63,891 nt of DNA, filler included, from Octopus bimaculoides (GCF_001194135.2; 9 parts of 8 records of this genome joined end to end with filler, not necessarily neighbours in it), one strand, 5' to 3'. Shown: positions 24,767 to 39,496, numbered from the whole stretch's first letter. The notes: generated by a model from the sequence alone, not told the origin. A program made the numbers and translations.

Positions 24767-25650
24767 NNNNNNNNNNNNNNNNNNNNNNNNNNTGGGGAGG
24801 GGTCTAGTCGATTACATCGACTCCAGTGTTTCACTGGTACTTAATTTATCGACCGCAAAATGATGAAAGGCAAAGTCGACTTCGTCGGAATTTAAACTCA
24901 AAACATAAAAGTTAAAATTGATCTCGGTGAGAATCGAACTTAGAATGTAAAGAACCGAAACAAATACCACTTGCAACGCATTTTTTCTGACGCTTTAACG
25001 CTTCTGCTAGATGGCCACCTACCCTAATTGTTATTTTTAATTTAGGTACAAACTCAGCAGTTTTAGGGTGATAATATCGATTCCCGGTACTTGGCTGGTA
25101 CTTTATGTTAACGACTCCGGAGCAACAAAAAGGAAAGATTACCTCTAATGAATTTGAACTCAGAAGGTAAAGAGTCGGAAGAAATTCCACAAAATGTTTC
25201 TCCAGCGTTCTAACGACTCGCCCGTCTTACTGCCAATACTAATGACATGGAGTGAAGGCGTGTGGCAGCGAGGTCAAGAAACGGCAGTCAAATCTCTTCT
25301 AAATAATACCTTACCACGTTAAAAAAAGAACAGATTCATTCGTTAACGTAGTTCAATATACATTATGTCTGAAAAAGAAAGAAACAAAAAGCACAGTAGA
25401 AAATAAGTGCGTTTTAGTATGGGTGGTCGAGATGAAATAAAACAGCAAAGTGATTCAGACACACACAAATATGCATACGTTTATTCAACAGTTGTGTGTC
25501 TATGTGTGTATTTGTGCGTATGCATGTGTGCTTGTGTGGGGTGTGTGCGCCTGTACGTGTATTTATATAGCAAATAAGATAATATTACACCTTTTCGAAC
25601 ACCATGAAGTTTGGCGAATGTGATCTCATTCGCACGAACACGCAAGCACG

Positions 25651-25695
<45 letters not shown>

Positions 25696-26039
25696 GCATT
25701 TGTGTATGTATATCTATATGCATTTTTGCATAAAATATCCGTGCATGTATGCATGTTTATATATATATATATATATATATATANNNNNNNNNNNNNNNNN
25801 NNNNNNNNNNNNNNNNNNNNNNNNNNNTTAATTAATTAANNNNNNNNNNNNNNNNNNNNNNNNNNNNNNNNNNNNNNNNNNNNTATATGTATATGTATAT
25901 ACATGCATGTATGTATATGGAGTCAACAGATGGGACCCAGAGATGTTCAATAAAGAAAGCACTTCGCAGCGCTCAAATGATTTGAACCTGCACTCCGAAA
26001 TCTTCAACGAGGACGAAGTCTATTGGGTGAAGTGTGGTG

Positions 26040-26420
26040 GTAAGAGGAATCCAGATCAATAAGGAAAAGAAAGAAGGAAGACGGAAAGAAGGAAAGAAAG
26101 AAAGAAAGATAGAAAGAAAGAAAGCAGGATGAAAGAATAAAGAAAAAGACAAAATGGTAAAAGAAGGAAAAGAACAAAGGAAAGAATGAAAGAAAGAAAA
26201 GGGAAGGAAAGAAAGAAAGAAGGAATGACAGACCCGAACGTAGAGAAATGAATGAAAAACAAAAAAAAAAAGCAGAGACCAAGGACAAGAATAGAAGGAA
26301 ATGAGAAAAGAAAAGAAAAATCGAAAGAAAGAAGGAAAAGAATAAGTTTAAAAGAGGGAAATCGGGAAAGAAACAATGTTGGCGAAACAATAAAGAAAAT
26401 ACAAATTGAAAAAAATGTAA
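26040..26420. repeat. Purine-rich (GAAA-type) low-complexity tract
   Basis: Direct reading. Confidence 0.9.
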
Positions 26421-26665
26421 ATAAAAATAAATTATTGTAGCAAATTTCCTTTTATTTTGTTTCTCATAAAAATAGAAAAACAACAACAACAAGAAAAACG
26501 GGCGTTTATAAAAGAGATGGGATAAAAATCAATAAACAAACAAGGCGATCGATAAATAAATTAACAGATCAATAGATACTGGAATATATAAAAGGTTTGG
26601 AAAATGGTAAAAGAATGAAAGAAAATAATTTCTTGAAAAAAAAATTCCAAAGAAGAAAAAAAATA

Positions 26666-26732
<67 letters not shown>

Positions 26733-26761
26733 TTAATAATAATAATCTTTATACTAAAGAC

Positions 26762-27202
26762 AAAAAGTCTGAAAATTTGGAAGACGACCATCTTTGGCTT
26801 CAAGATGAAAGGTGTTCTTCTATCAGGATAATATTTGGCTACATACAGCGAGGATGATATTCCAAAGGTTGGAGCAGTTTGAATGGGAAACGATGCCCCA
26901 ACCACCATATTCGCTGAACACTGCCCCATTTAATCATCATTTATTCTGCAGTCTTCAAAATCATTTGGACGGAAAAAATATGAATTCTGTAGACGAGATC
27001 AGAACAGTACCGAAGGAGTATTTTTCCTCAGGGACAAATGAATTTTGGAAGAGAGGGCCTTGAAAGTCTGCCAAATAGATGGAAAAACATTGTAGAAAAT
27101 GAGGGAGAGTATTCTTTAGAAAAAAAAAAAGAACCTTGTTTATCTTAATTTTGAGGAATAGAGGTATAAAAATATCACATTATTTATGAGATGACCCAGT
27201 AT
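26762..27202 (+). mobile_element. mariner transposon 3' fragment
   Basis: WETMPQPPYSLNTAPFNHHLFCSLQNHL (degenerate HPPYSPDLAP); 3' TIR cacattatttatgagatgacccagta. Confidence 0.9.
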
Positions 27203-27920
27203 ATATATNNNNNNNNNNNNNNNNNNNNNNNNNNNNNNNNNNNNNNNNNNNNNNNNNNNNNNNNNNNNNNNNNNNNNNNNNNNNNNNNNNNNNNNNNNNN
27301 NNNNNNNNNNNNNNNNNNNNNNNNNNNNNNNNNNNNNNNNNNNNNNNNNNNNNNNNNNNNNNNNNNNNNNNNNNNNNNNNNNNNNNNNNNNNNNNNNNNN
27401 NNNNNNNNNNNNNNNNNNNNNNNNNNNNNNNNNNNNNNNNNNNNNNNNNNNNNNNNNNNNNNNNNNNNNNNNNNNNNNNNNNNNNNNNNNNNNNNNNNNN
27501 NNNNNNNNNNNNNNNNNNNNNNNNNNNNNNNNNNNNNNNNNNNNNNNNNNNNNNNNNNNNNNNNNNNNNNNNNNNNNNNNNNNNNNNNNNNNNNNNNNNN
27601 NNNNNNNNNNNNNNNNNNNNNNNNNNNNNNNNNNNNNNNNNNNNNNNNNNNNNNNNNNNNNNNNNNNNNNNNNNNNNNNNNNNNNNNNNNNNNNNNNNNN
27701 NNNNNNNNNNNNNNNNNNNNNNNNNNNNNNNNNNNNNNNNNNNNNNNNNNNNNNNNNNNNNNNNNNNNNNNNNNNNNNNNNNNNNNNNNNNNNNNNNNNN
27801 NNNNNNNNNNNNNNNNNNNNNNNNNNNNNNNNNNNNNNNNAAGACAAAAATAATTAAGAATCGCTTCAATAGACCAAAGTCAAGAACGACAAAAACAACA
27901 GTAGCAGTGCCACCACCACC

Positions 27921-27977
<57 letters not shown>

Positions 27978-28344
27978 CTCAAGTGAACATTAGACCGGAG
28001 TACAAAGTATAACCGAACGAAGAAAGACTGTGTAAGCATGACTTCAACTACACCAAACGACATTTTGTTTTGTTGTTTTTGTTTTAACAGGGCAGCCATT
28101 TTAACATCAGACACCACCGCAGCCGCCGCCGCCACCATCAACCACAACGACGACAACAATAACAACAACTCTATCCATAAATCGATATAATTGATGCGTG
28201 TCTCGCTTGATAACAACAATCGATCTTTCACTCGTTCACCTTCTTTCTTTCATATTTCGTTTCTTTTCTTGTTGTTGTTTTTGTTGTTTTCTTGGGTTTT
28301 TTTTCTTTCTCGTTTGTTTCTTCTCATCGCTTCGTTGTTTTAAC

Positions 28345-28880
28345 ATTTCTTCTTCTTCTTCTTCTTCTTCTTCTTCTTCTTCTTCTTCTTCTTCTTCTTC
28401 GTCTTCTTCTTCTTCTTCGTCCTCTTTCTCTTTGTTCTTCTTCGTCTTCGTTCGTCCTATCTTTCTATTTTACTCATTAACCTTTTCTTTGTTGTCGCTT
28501 ATTCGTTCATTCATTTCTTTTCGATCATTTTTCTTTCTTTCCTTCACGCATACTTTCTTCTTTCTTTCTTTCCTTGTTTTTTCTTTCTGTTTTTCTTTTT
28601 CTTTACTTCCTTTCTTTCTATCTATCTTTCATTCTTTCTTTTTTCCTGACTTACTTTCTTTTTTCTTTCATTCTTTATTCCTTTCTTTCTTTCTCTTCCT
28701 TTTTCTTTCTCTTCCTTTTTCTTTCTCTTCCTTTTTCTTTCTTTTCTCCTTCCTTCCTTCCTTCCTTCCTTCCTTCCTTCCTTCTTTCTTTCTTTCTTTC
28801 TTTCTGCTTTCTTTCTTCTTTCTTTCTTTCTTCTTTCTTTTTTCCCCTTTCTTTCATCTTCTGCTTCTTTCATGTCTTTT
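28345..28880. repeat. Pyrimidine-rich (CTT/CTTT/CCTT) low-complexity tract
   Basis: Direct reading. Confidence 0.9.
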
Positions 28881-28942
28881 TCATTCATGATATATTTTTT
28901 CGTTCTCTTTATTTCGATTTTAGTTCTTTCTCACTCGCTCAC

Positions 28943-28988
<46 letters not shown>

Positions 28989-29309
28989 CACAACCACCAC
29001 CACCACCGCTACCGCCAGGACTAGCACTGCTGGTGCAGCTGCTAAGATCTATACTCTGTTATTCTTTCACGTATTTCTTTCACTGGACAGCAGCCGGCCA
29101 TGCTGTAGCATGTTGAAGGCTTTAAGTGAATCAGTATGATATTCCTCTTATTTTATCGTTCTCTAGTTGTCGATCGAACCGCTATGTTATTGTAGACCGA
29201 CAAAGACTCATTTCTCAACAGCCAAAATCTGACGAATGATGGAACCATTGCGTCCATTATCTCATCTTCGATGTCTTTAAACAGTCATTCGAAGACAATG
29301 TTATCCAAT

Positions 29310-29404
29310 TACCTTTTATTTTTTTGTTTGTTTCAGTAATTGGACCGCGGCCATGCAGGAGCACTGCCTTGAAGAGATTTAGTAGAACAAGTTGACCCGA
29401 GTAC

Positions 29405-29473
<69 letters not shown>

Positions 29474-29825
29474 TATTATTATCATTATTATTATTATTTG
29501 AGATCAGGAACTAATTTTCACGTTCTCTGTTTGCCGAACTGTTTTGTTATGAAAGACATAAAGAAACCAACACCGGTTTTTATGCGATGGTGGAGGACAA
29601 ACGCCAACACAGAGGCACACACACACACACACATATAAACATACATACACACATATGTGTGTGGGGGATGTAGTTGAATACATGACGGGCTTCTTTCAGT
29701 TTCTGCCTGCCAAGTCCATTTACAAGACTTTGGTAGGACCCGGAGCTTTGGTAAAAGGCACTTGTCCAAGGCGGGACTGATACCGGAAACATGCGGTTGG
29801 AAAGCAACCTTCTTACCACCTGGCA
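29310..29825 (-). mobile_element. SINE-B with internal (TTA)n expansion
   Basis: Family homology on both sides of a (TTA)n tract at about 29408-29497. Confidence 0.75.
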
Positions 29826-30985
29826 ATACAACATTTTTATTTGGTACGAAGATTTGGTTTCAGTTTCTAGCACATCCTGCGTCCAGGTAGAGGCTTTTAG
29901 GTTCAGATCATGAATGTATTGAAGGCCATTTTAAATAATAACGTATATGCTTATGTATGTGTTTATTTGTGCGTGTGCGTGAGTGATTTTCTTTGGGTAT
30001 ATATATGTGTATGCGTGTGTAAGTGTGTATGTGGCTGTGTTAGTGTGTGTGTGTTGCGTGTGTGAATTTGGTCTGGGCGTTTATATTTATGGATGTGCGT
30101 GGATGTATGCTTATGTTTGCGTGTGTTTGAAAGAGCGTATATATGTGTGCATGTATGTATGTTTCTCTGCGTGCACGGATATGTGTATATGCGTGTGTAT
30201 ATGTATATATATATATATATATATGTGCATGTGGAAAGTAGTGAAAGGGGAAGTGTGAAATGTAGGAAGGAGGAGGATGGGCGACCAGGATAGGAAGTAG
30301 GAGACACCTAGAAAAAAAAGACAAAAACCAAAGAACAGAAAAAAAACATGTGAAGAGAAAGAGGGTGAGGGGAAGTAGGAGTTTGAAAATAAAGGAGTGG
30401 AGTGGTGGGTCGAGGTGGGACCCCCTCCTCCCACAAATATTAATAAACATCATAATAAAAGATGATGTCCCAATTTTCATCATTATAATTCATTGTCTTG
30501 ACATCGTCTTGGTGGACTTTGACACCATCAACAACGTCACACTACCTCCTACTACCACCACCACCACCACCACCACCACCACTGCCAACACCACCGCCAC
30601 CACCACCGTCACCACCACTGCCATTACGTTCACCATCACCAGCACCATCACGATCAACAAGGCTCAGATAANNNNNNNNNNNNNNNNNNNNNNNNNNNNN
30701 NNNNNNNNNNNNNNNTTAATTAATTAANNNNNNNNNNNNNNNNNNNNNNNNNNNNNNNNNNNNNNNNNNNNTTTCATATTTTTTGTAAATACCCCAAACG
30801 TTTTGCGATGTTTTTTTTTTCATCGTTGTCCCCACTTTTATTTGTTTTTTTTTCTGTTTTGTTTTCGCCCCCCTCGAAAAGAAAAACTCTACATTTGTAT
30901 TTTGTCCCTTCTATGTTGAGCCCTGTGTGGCTAATAAAGAAACATATCTATCTATCTATCTATCTATCTACATATACATATGAAT

Positions 30986-31018
<33 letters not shown>

Positions 31019-31030
31019 TATATATTTATA

Positions 31031-31084
<54 letters not shown>

Positions 31085-31716
31085 GTGTGCGTGTGTGCAT
31101 ATAAATATATATATAAATATATATACATATATTATACAATATGTATATTTATATCTATTATATATATGCACTTATATCAATATATACGTATATTATGTAT
31201 ATATATGAAGACAAAGAAATACTTGTTTTCCCTAAGGCCGTTTTTTTCTCCCTTCTCCTAGCAAAATGGAGCATCAAATGGAGAAATGGGAAGATGGAAA
31301 CAAAAATGAAAAAGAAAAGAAAAAAACAAACCCAAACAAGAAGGAAAAAAAAAGATAAAATAAAGAAAGAAAGGAAATTAAAAAATATGGCGATGCAAGC
31401 TTCAAAAATAACCCCTATACGAAGATCAATCCTGCCATTAACACGTTGAATTTGTTTGTACTTAGGAAATTCTCAATCTAAAATAGGTTAATAGATTTTA
31501 CAGTTTTCTTTAATTTGATGTGCATTAATGAGAAACTCTCGTCAATCTTTCGTAAAGTCAGTGTTAATGCATGAATGTGTGTGTGTGTGTGTGTGCGTGT
31601 TTGTATGTGTATGTGTGTGAGTGATGCGTGTGCGCGTCTGTGGTGAGGGCGTAAGATGCTTGCTCTCTCTCTCTCTCTCTCACCATGCATGTTTGCATCT
31701 TTGCATGTGCTATGCG

Positions 31717-31748
<32 letters not shown>

Positions 31749-31887
31749 TGTATGTATATATTAGACGGCAGGTAGGTATGTATGTAGGTCAACGAGTGTG
31801 TACGTCTTCCGAGAAGCAAATAAATACATATCGCGTACACACACCTCACACAGATGTATTTCTATATCTATTTGTATGTATGTATGT

Positions 31888-31934
<47 letters not shown>

Positions 31935-32597
31935 NNNNNNNNNNNNNNNNNNNNNNNNNNNNNNNNNNNNNNNNNNNNNNNNNNNNNNNNNNNNNNNNNN
32001 NNNNNNNNNNNNNNNNNNNNNNNNNNNNNNNNNNNNNNNNNNNNNNNNNNNNNNNNNNNNNNNNNNNNNNNNNNNNNNNNNNNNNNNNNNNNNNNNNNNN
32101 NNNNNNNNNNNNNNNNNNNNNNNNNNNNNNNNNNNNNNNNNNNNNNNNNNNNNNNNNNNNNNNNNNNNNNNNNNNNNNNNNNNNNNNNNNNNNNNNNNNN
32201 NNNNNNNNNNNNNNNNNNNNNNNNNNNNNNNNNNNNNNNNNNNNNNNNNNNNNNNNNNNNNNNNNNNNNNNNNNNNNNNNNNNNNNNNNNNNNNNNNNNN
32301 NNNNNNNNNNNNNNNNNNNNNNNNNNNNNNNNNNNNNNNNNNNNNNNNNNNNNNNNNNNNNNNNNNNNNNNNNNNNNNNNNNNNNNNNNNNNNNNNNNNN
32401 NNNNNNNNNNNNNNNNNNNNNNNNNNNNNNNNNNNNNNNNNNNNNNNNNNNNNNNNNNNNNNNNNNNNNNNNNNNNNNNNNNNNNNNNNNNATATATATA
32501 TATATACAGTATATATGTATACATTTATATGTATATGCATATAAATATATAGATATACATATATATACATAAATATATATATGTGTGTGTATATAGG

Positions 32598-32640
<43 letters not shown>

Positions 32641-32894
32641 TACATATATACAAACTTCTGTATATGCATGTAAATATATGCGTATATCTGTTCATGTAGA
32701 GGTGCGCGCACGCATCTTTGTACTCTACTTATGTACCTGGTTACGGGAATGGGATGAGCATTTTTTCTTCCGCGCATGTTTACATATTCTAGAGCATGTA
32801 TATACGTCGGCAATAAGTAGATAGGAAGAAACACGCTTATGTGTGAGTGCATATAAAAATATATAAATCTTTTATAATCTTTACACTTTCACTC

Positions 32895-33268
32895 ATTACA
32901 GTCATTTGACTGCAGCCATGCTGGAGGCTAGACCACCGCCTTGAAGGGCTTTAATCGAAAACATCGACCACGCCAGGACTTATTTCTGAAGCCTAGTACT
33001 TACTCTATCGTTGTTTTTGACGAACCGCTAAGCTTCGTGGACTTAAACACACCAGAACCGGTTGTCAAACGGCGATAGGGAACAAACGCAGATACGCGCG
33101 CGCGCACATGTATACAACCGGCTTCTTTCAGTTTCCGTTTACCAAATTCACTCACGTGCCTTTGGTCGGCTATAGTAGAAAACACTTGCCCAATATGCCA
33201 CGCACTAGGGCTGAACCTGGAACCAGGTGGCTGGGAATCAAACTTCTTACCACACAGCCACGCCTGCC
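32895..33268 (-). mobile_element. SINE-B
   Basis: Family homology from head to tail. Confidence 0.8.
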
Positions 33269-33672
33269 GTACACATATGTATATACCGATACATGCATAC
33301 AAACATATATGTGTATATATGTATGCACATATATATGTAAGTACATATGTATGTGTAAGAATGTGAACACGTGCCTTTGCTTTCCCAAGGGAACACTAGT
33401 GTACTCAATGCATGTTGCATAATATAAGTATTTGCATAGAAACAGGGATTCACCCAGATGTTACTCAAACTACGTACGTTTACATATATGTATATACTAG
33501 CTGACGTACCCGGTAATTCCGGACAGGCACTAATGAAGCTGTAACGACAATATTGCAAGGTTGCATTTGCAAAAGTGAGTAGTCACTGCAGCAGAAACAC
33601 GTGTAGGTCATTATCATATACTGTATATAACAATAAAATAAATTTTGTAGATGTACGATTCTCCATACTGTT

Positions 33673-33715
<43 letters not shown>

Positions 33716-33920
33716 NNNNNNNNNNNNNNNNNNNNNNNNNNNNNNNNNNNNNNNNNNNNTTAATTAATTAANNNNNNNNNNNNNNNNNNNNNNNNNNNNN
33801 NNNNNNNNNNNNNNNAGAAGAAGAAGAAGAAGAAGAAGAAGAAGAAGAAGAAGAAGAAGAAGAAGAAGAAGAAGAAGAAGAAGAAGAAGAAGAAGAAGAA
33901 GAAGAAGAAGAAGAAGAAGA

Positions 33921-34466
33921 ATGCCTCAATGCAGAACCATGCAGTGGCTCTCATGGCTTCTGATCTTAACTGATTGGAAGTGTTATCATGTTTTCTCTTG
34001 GTATAAAAGATGGGCTACAGCAAATATTCTGCTCAATACTACAGATTTGCTTGTCAGTTGTTTGACCTTAACCAGTTGAGCATGTCCCTTAGTGGCTGAT
34101 GATATGTGCATTTCTGATCACAAGAAGTAGTGAAGGAGCATCATAGCCATGTGTTGAGAGGAATTCTTTGGGGTTTGGATAATTCACTTTTGGAAACATG
34201 GGTGCTTCATTCAACATCCTTAAACAAGTCTTATTCAGCGACCTTTTGAACGGAATGGGCTACTCAACCTGAAGAAAATTCTAACTGGGCTCCACCTGCG
34301 AGGTCATGCGCTGTTTATCTTGATATGAGATCACCATGTCATGTATATATGGTTGTGATTCATGTGCCTGGTGTACCCTTATCAGACAGGTAGTCATGAT
34401 GGGTATACTAGGCTCTGTATATTTTACACCAATATCACTTTGATGGCATGCACTGCTCTCTCACTC

Positions 34467-34467
<1 letters not shown>
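33921..34467 (+). repeat. Unclassified ~550-bp interspersed repeat ending in (AAT)n
   Basis: The first ~160 nt are homologous to 3311-3475. Both copies start directly after a trinucleotide microsatellite. Confidence 0.65.
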
Positions 34468-34503
<36 letters not shown>

Positions 34504-34510
34504 CCAATTT

Positions 34511-36430
34511 CTTTTTTTTTCCCCCCAACAAGAGTGAAGGATGAGGAGTACAATACAAAGACAGGCATAAAGTGTTGGGGTTTACGTATAATGAAATGAA
34601 AAGGAAAACAATTTGTATATTTAGAAAGTATACACAATATACAATTAAATCAAAGAAGGGAAACATTCGTAGTATACAACAGTTTAAAATGATAATAATG
34701 ATAATAATAAATTCTTCAATGGCACAAGAGTTAACAAAACATAGAAGAGTGTACATTTACATAAACAAAGAGTGAGTTGAGCAAAAATGTAATACAGTAT
34801 GAAACATAGGTTAAAAATTCGAATACAGTCTAAATGAGAATTGTACATACATATGTGTACACAGAGGGAACTGCTATTCATCAGGGCCCCCCAAGTCCTC
34901 TACTACATTGCTTCCTAGACAATTGTCATCTCCCAATTGCAGTACCCAGACAAAATTCAAGCCCTTTCACATGTCCCAGTTCACCACTTGAATCTATCAC
35001 TTTTCATCAAATTTGCTTGACAGCACCTCCATTCTTCACTTTTGCCCCCAGAGGGATGATAATGTTGTCAATCCTTTCTACCATGCAATCATCTTTGCAC
35101 AGCACATATTTCAAAGATGCCCAACTGAAAGACATGTCCAACTCTAGACAGTTTATTCCAGACTGATAATATCTTCTACCCATCTTGTAGGAACATCAGT
35201 CCAAGGATTTCCAGTTGTCTATAGTCCCTAAATCAAAAGTCCTCTCAAATAGACTACTTATATGGTCTTCACTGATGCCCATTAACCTTACAAAATGCTA
35301 GTGTGGATGTTCTACCAACTGCATTATGTAACTAATGGACAAATGTGAGTACCTGACAACATTCCAGATATCAGGCATCCAATCTTGATCTTTAACTGAC
35401 CCACAACTGTAACTTCATCAAAGAGACAATATGTGGGAGAACAGACTTTATGAATAGCAATCACACTTGTTTAGCATAGAGGAATCTCTGTAGATGTCAC
35501 AGCTTCTGTGCATGCAGGCACATCATTAGCCACAGCTTGCTGAGCCCTCCATGCAAAGGGTTTGGGATGCAGGTAAACCTTCTAACCAGAGGAATATGAT
35601 CCTTCCATAAAAAATGAAAGGACAAACACTCCAGCTTGGTCAGATGCAAATTGGAGCAAGGTATGATGGCCAAGTGATAATATGCAATGTTTATAATACA
35701 TGCATTCACCACTTCTGACCTTTTACAGATAGCTTCTTCTTGGATCATTTCTGGGTAAGATTGGTCACCTTGCTCTTAACCTTATCCCAGTTTCAATCCA
35801 CTCTGGACTGAATCAGACCGTAAGTACCTTAACCATACCATCATTCCAAGAACAGATGACACTAACATTGGCCAGCATGGACTTGCTTATCTGGGTTCCT
35901 TCAGTATGGTGCCAATCACCTTGATTTCAAATGTGTCCTACACTAACAATGATGCTGTTCATATATGCCAATATAGCTCACTTTCACTCCAACTCAAGCA
36001 GGTTGCCCCTCAAAATCACCAACTTCAGTAGTTAGTGGCTCAAGAGTCAAAATCTACAGAAATGACTGAAAAGGGACACATTTGACAGACTGCGCATGCA
36101 AACCCAAATAATTTTGAATAGTGCCACCAATAAGCAGGATGACGTTGTACAATGTACTGATCTAACACCTGAACACTGGACTAAAATCAGTCAATGTGTG
36201 GCACAGCTGCTAGGACCAACAGCCAACCCTATCAAGTTCTTTTGATTAACCCAAGTTGATTAGTATCCTACCAAAGTCAGATCTAGACCCAATCTTCCAA
36301 ATGAAGCATTGCATAAGGAGGAGGCTTTCCTAGACAGAGCTGTCAAATATCACATGGGTTTATGCAGGCCTGCTGACACTATTTACAACAAGTACCAAAC
36401 TCTTTAAAAGTTAAAGAAAAGAATCCCAAC
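34511..36430 (-). mobile_element. Old Tx1/L1-like LINE (RT to 3' end) in the DPH7 intron
   Basis: Decayed GRILINLG*SKELDRVG (compare the window end), FL*ILTLEPL, AYMNSIIVS (YADD position) and FLWKDHIPLVRR..P..GGL. The 3' UTR resembles 49860-49940 and ends in an A-rich tail near 34511. Confidence 0.8.
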
Positions 36431-36557
36431 CATCGGAGAGAAATGAAGATCCAATAATGAACAAAATCTGTGACAGACAAGGATTTCTATCAACAGTTGG
36501 GGGTCACTATATAGATAGACAGATAAACTATTTGGTGTACGAAATTATTGATCTTAC

Positions 36558-36733
36558 CAGCAGTGTGAAGTCCACAGTCAATAATGTGGAAACCATTATA
36601 CATTGTTGCTGTAGCAATACAATTACCAGAACTAGGGTGCCATTTAATTCTCCAGATTCCACCACCAAGGGATTTAGATCTAAGTGGCACCTTCATGCTG
36701 CGAGTATCCCATAACATCAATTGTTCATCGTAG
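36558..36733 (-). CDS. DPH7: DPH7/WDR85 internal coding exon, 176 nt, phase 2-1
   Basis: tttctag|C TAC GAT GAA...ACT GCT G|gtaag = YDEQLMLWDTRSMKVPLRSKSLGGGIWRIKWHPSSGNCIATATMYNGFHIIDCGLHTA. It carries the DPH7 SYDE..LWDTR.M...GG.WRIKWHP signature. Other DPH7 exons were not found in the window. Confidence 0.93.
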
Positions 36734-36984
36734 CTAGAAATATATTATGAGAGAAAATGTGAGAGAGATTAATGAATACTCGCTCGGTTATGATTAAATC
36801 ACAAAACATGGAGTAATAATGAACACTCCCTGAGCTACAGTTAAATCACAATACATGGACTAATGATATCTGACATGCATACAAGACCACAAATATTGCT
36901 TTCAAATTCTGGCACAAAGCCAGCAATTCCAGGGGGGGTCAAGGTCAGTTACATCGACCCACTACTTAACTGGTACTTATTTTA

Positions 36985-37334
36985 TTGTTGTTGTTGTTGT
37001 TGTTGTTGGCACTCCATCGCTTACGACGTCGAGGGTTCCAGTTGATCCGGTGAACGGAACAGCTTGCTCGTGAAATTAACATGCAAGTGTGGCTGAGCAC
37101 TCCACAGACATGTGTACCCTTAACATAGTTCTCGGGGATATTCAGCGTGACACAGTATGACAAGGCTGACCCTTTGAATTACAGGCACAACAGAAACAGG
37201 AAGTAAGAATGAGAGAAAGTTGTGGTGGAAGAGTACAGCAGGGTTCGCCACCATCCCCTGCCGGAGCCTCGTGGAGCTTTAGGTGTTTTCGCTCAATAAA
37301 CACTCACAACGCCCGGTCTAGGAATCGAAACCAC
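36985..37334 (-). mobile_element. SINE-A, head hidden in gap
   Basis: Near-identical reverse complement of 39550-40035, with a (TTG)n tail on the + strand. Confidence 0.9.
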
Positions 37335-37603
37335 NNNNNNNNNNNNNNNNNNNNNNNNNNNNNNNNNNNNNNNNNNNNNNNNNNNNNNNNNNNNNNNNNN
37401 NNNNNNNNNNNNNNNNNNNNNNNNNNNNNNNNNNNNNNNNNNNNNNNNNNNNNNNNNNNNNNNNNNNNNNNNNNNNNNNNNNNNNNNNNNNNNNNNNNNN
37501 NNNNNNNNNNNNNNNNNNNNNNNNNNNNNNNNNNNNNNNNNNNNNNNNNNNNNNNNNNNNNNNNNNNNNNNNNNNNNNNNNNNNNNNNNNNNNNNNNNNN
37601 NNN

Positions 37604-37848
37604 NTGTGCGGGTGGCACATAAAAGACACCATTTCGAGCGTGGCCGTTTTTGTGCGGGTGACACGTAAAAGCACCCACTACACTCTCTGAGTGGTTGGCG
37701 TTAGGAAGGGCATCCAGCTGTAGAAACTCTGCCAAATCAGACTGGAGCCTGGTGTTGCCATCCGGTTTCACCAGTCCTCAGTCAAATCGTCCAACCCATG
37801 CTAGCATGGAAAGCGGACGTTAAACGATGATGATGATGATGATGATGA
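37604..37848 (+). mobile_element. RTE-type 3' end repeat with (GAT)n tail
   Basis: ggcgttaggaagggcatccagctgtagaaactctgcc...ccatgctagcatggaaagcggacgttaaacgatgatgat; homologous to 45020-45390 and 41515-41704. Confidence 0.7.
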
Positions 37849-38514
37849 AAGGATGAAAGGTAAAGTTAACCTCAGTGGAATTTGAACTCAAAATGTAAAG
37901 ATGGACAAAAATGCCACTAAAGCATTTTGCCTGACATACTAATGATTCTGCCAGCTCACTGCCTTACAAAAACACAAATATTGAAGAAGGGTCATCATCA
38001 GTGTAACCAACCCCTATACCTGACTGACTCTTCTTTTACTGATTAACAAAAACAATGCCACAAGGCATTTTTTCAGATGTTCTAATGATTCTATCACCTT
38101 ACAACCACCAATAATTGATTCTAATTTAGGCACAAAGACAGTAGTGCTGAGGTGCAGCATTTAGTTCATAACACTGACCTCATTACTTGCTAGCACTTTG
38201 CTTTATCAACTCCAAAAGAGTGAAAGGCAAAGTTGGTCCTATGTAAAATAATTTTTATCTTTATGAAGGGATTGTCTGTATTAGTCTGGCCTCTAACCTT
38301 TGACTTGTCCAGTACAGGAAGGCCCTAGCATAGCTCCTAGGATCATTAAGAAATGTATGTTTCAATGACCCTACCTGGACTTTATGGTAGAATTAAAGAT
38401 GGTACTGAATGGTAAATGAAATTCCAGTAGAGGATTGAAATAGTCTGGTTGAGACCAGATTCCCTATCAATGAAAATACTGCATATACATTATTCATATT
38501 TTATATATAGCTTG

Positions 38515-38787
38515 CTTAAGTGGACAGAACATACATGAGTTGGAAAAGACTGGCAAAGCTATGATACTCTAAAGCATAGAACTGCCCAGTATGCAACTGC
38601 TTTCTATATGGAATGCTTTCTATGGGACTGAACTGCATAGAACTACCCTCTCATAAGCTGCCCTCTATGAGACTGGTCTCTATGGTATTTATACTATGGT
38701 ACAAACAGATGTTTGTACCATATGAGTTAATTTGTTTATAATTATTGCTTGCTAATTGAGAACTCATAAGGCAGGAGATATTTAAAT
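38515..38787 (+). repeat. Diverged direct repeat, copy 1 (copy 2 at 40441-40710)
   Basis: Both begin cttaagtggacagaacatacatg and end gatatttaaat; internal ctctatg(g/a)gac subrepeats. Confidence 0.8.
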
Positions 38788-39496
38788 GTTGGTTAAAAAT
38801 CTATAAACATATTCTGCAGTACAGTACAGAATTGAGAACATTGTTATCGCAGCAGACATTATATATCAATCTAGAAGTCGATAATGGTAGCGTTAGAAGC
38901 TTGTATATCTATGGAAGATATCTTGTTGGGAAGGAGAGAGGAAGAAAGAATTAGGGAAGGAGGAAAGAAGACAATTAAGAGAGAGGGAAAACAGAAAAGG
39001 GAGATAGAGAACTAGGTCAAGAAAGAGAGGAAAGAAGGAGAAAGAAAATAATAGGAATAAGGGGGAAGGGAATAAAGTATTTAATAGGAATAAGGGAGAA
39101 AGGAATGAAGTATTTAAGGGTGAAAGGAGACGCTGTACTGGTGTCAATGACCGCAAGAAGTAACTAAGCAGCAACAATAATTACATGCACTCACGTGTAC
39201 ATGCACATGCATACGCACGCACTCACATACACACACACACACTCATGCACACACATACAGAGCAGCTTACACACAAACACACACACACACAGAGTAGCTT
39301 ACACACACACACACTCATACACACACTCATGTAAGCACACACACATACAGAAAAACACATACATATAGTAGAAGCACACACATATATTCATGTATGGGGA
39401 TCACGTGTTCACAAAAACAATGGAAGCAGTAATACCTGCTTGCAGATTCTCATTTGTGCATGCACTCATATAAATATTAGGCATAAAATGTAAACA

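Noticed and set aside
24268-25291. 499-bp tandem duplication
   Set aside because: The two copies differ at one position I could see and are separated by an N run, which points to unmerged contig or haplotype overlap.
26004-28890. F/L/S-rich and K/E/R-rich ORFs; facing purine and pyrimidine tracts as a possible large stem
   Set aside because: Low-complexity composition only; no specific homology between the tracts.
31370-31440. Minus-strand FEACIAIFFNF resembling DPH7 FEAWIAAF
   Set aside because: It lacks the conserved AH and W, has no splice sites, runs into low complexity and lies on the wrong side of the known exons.
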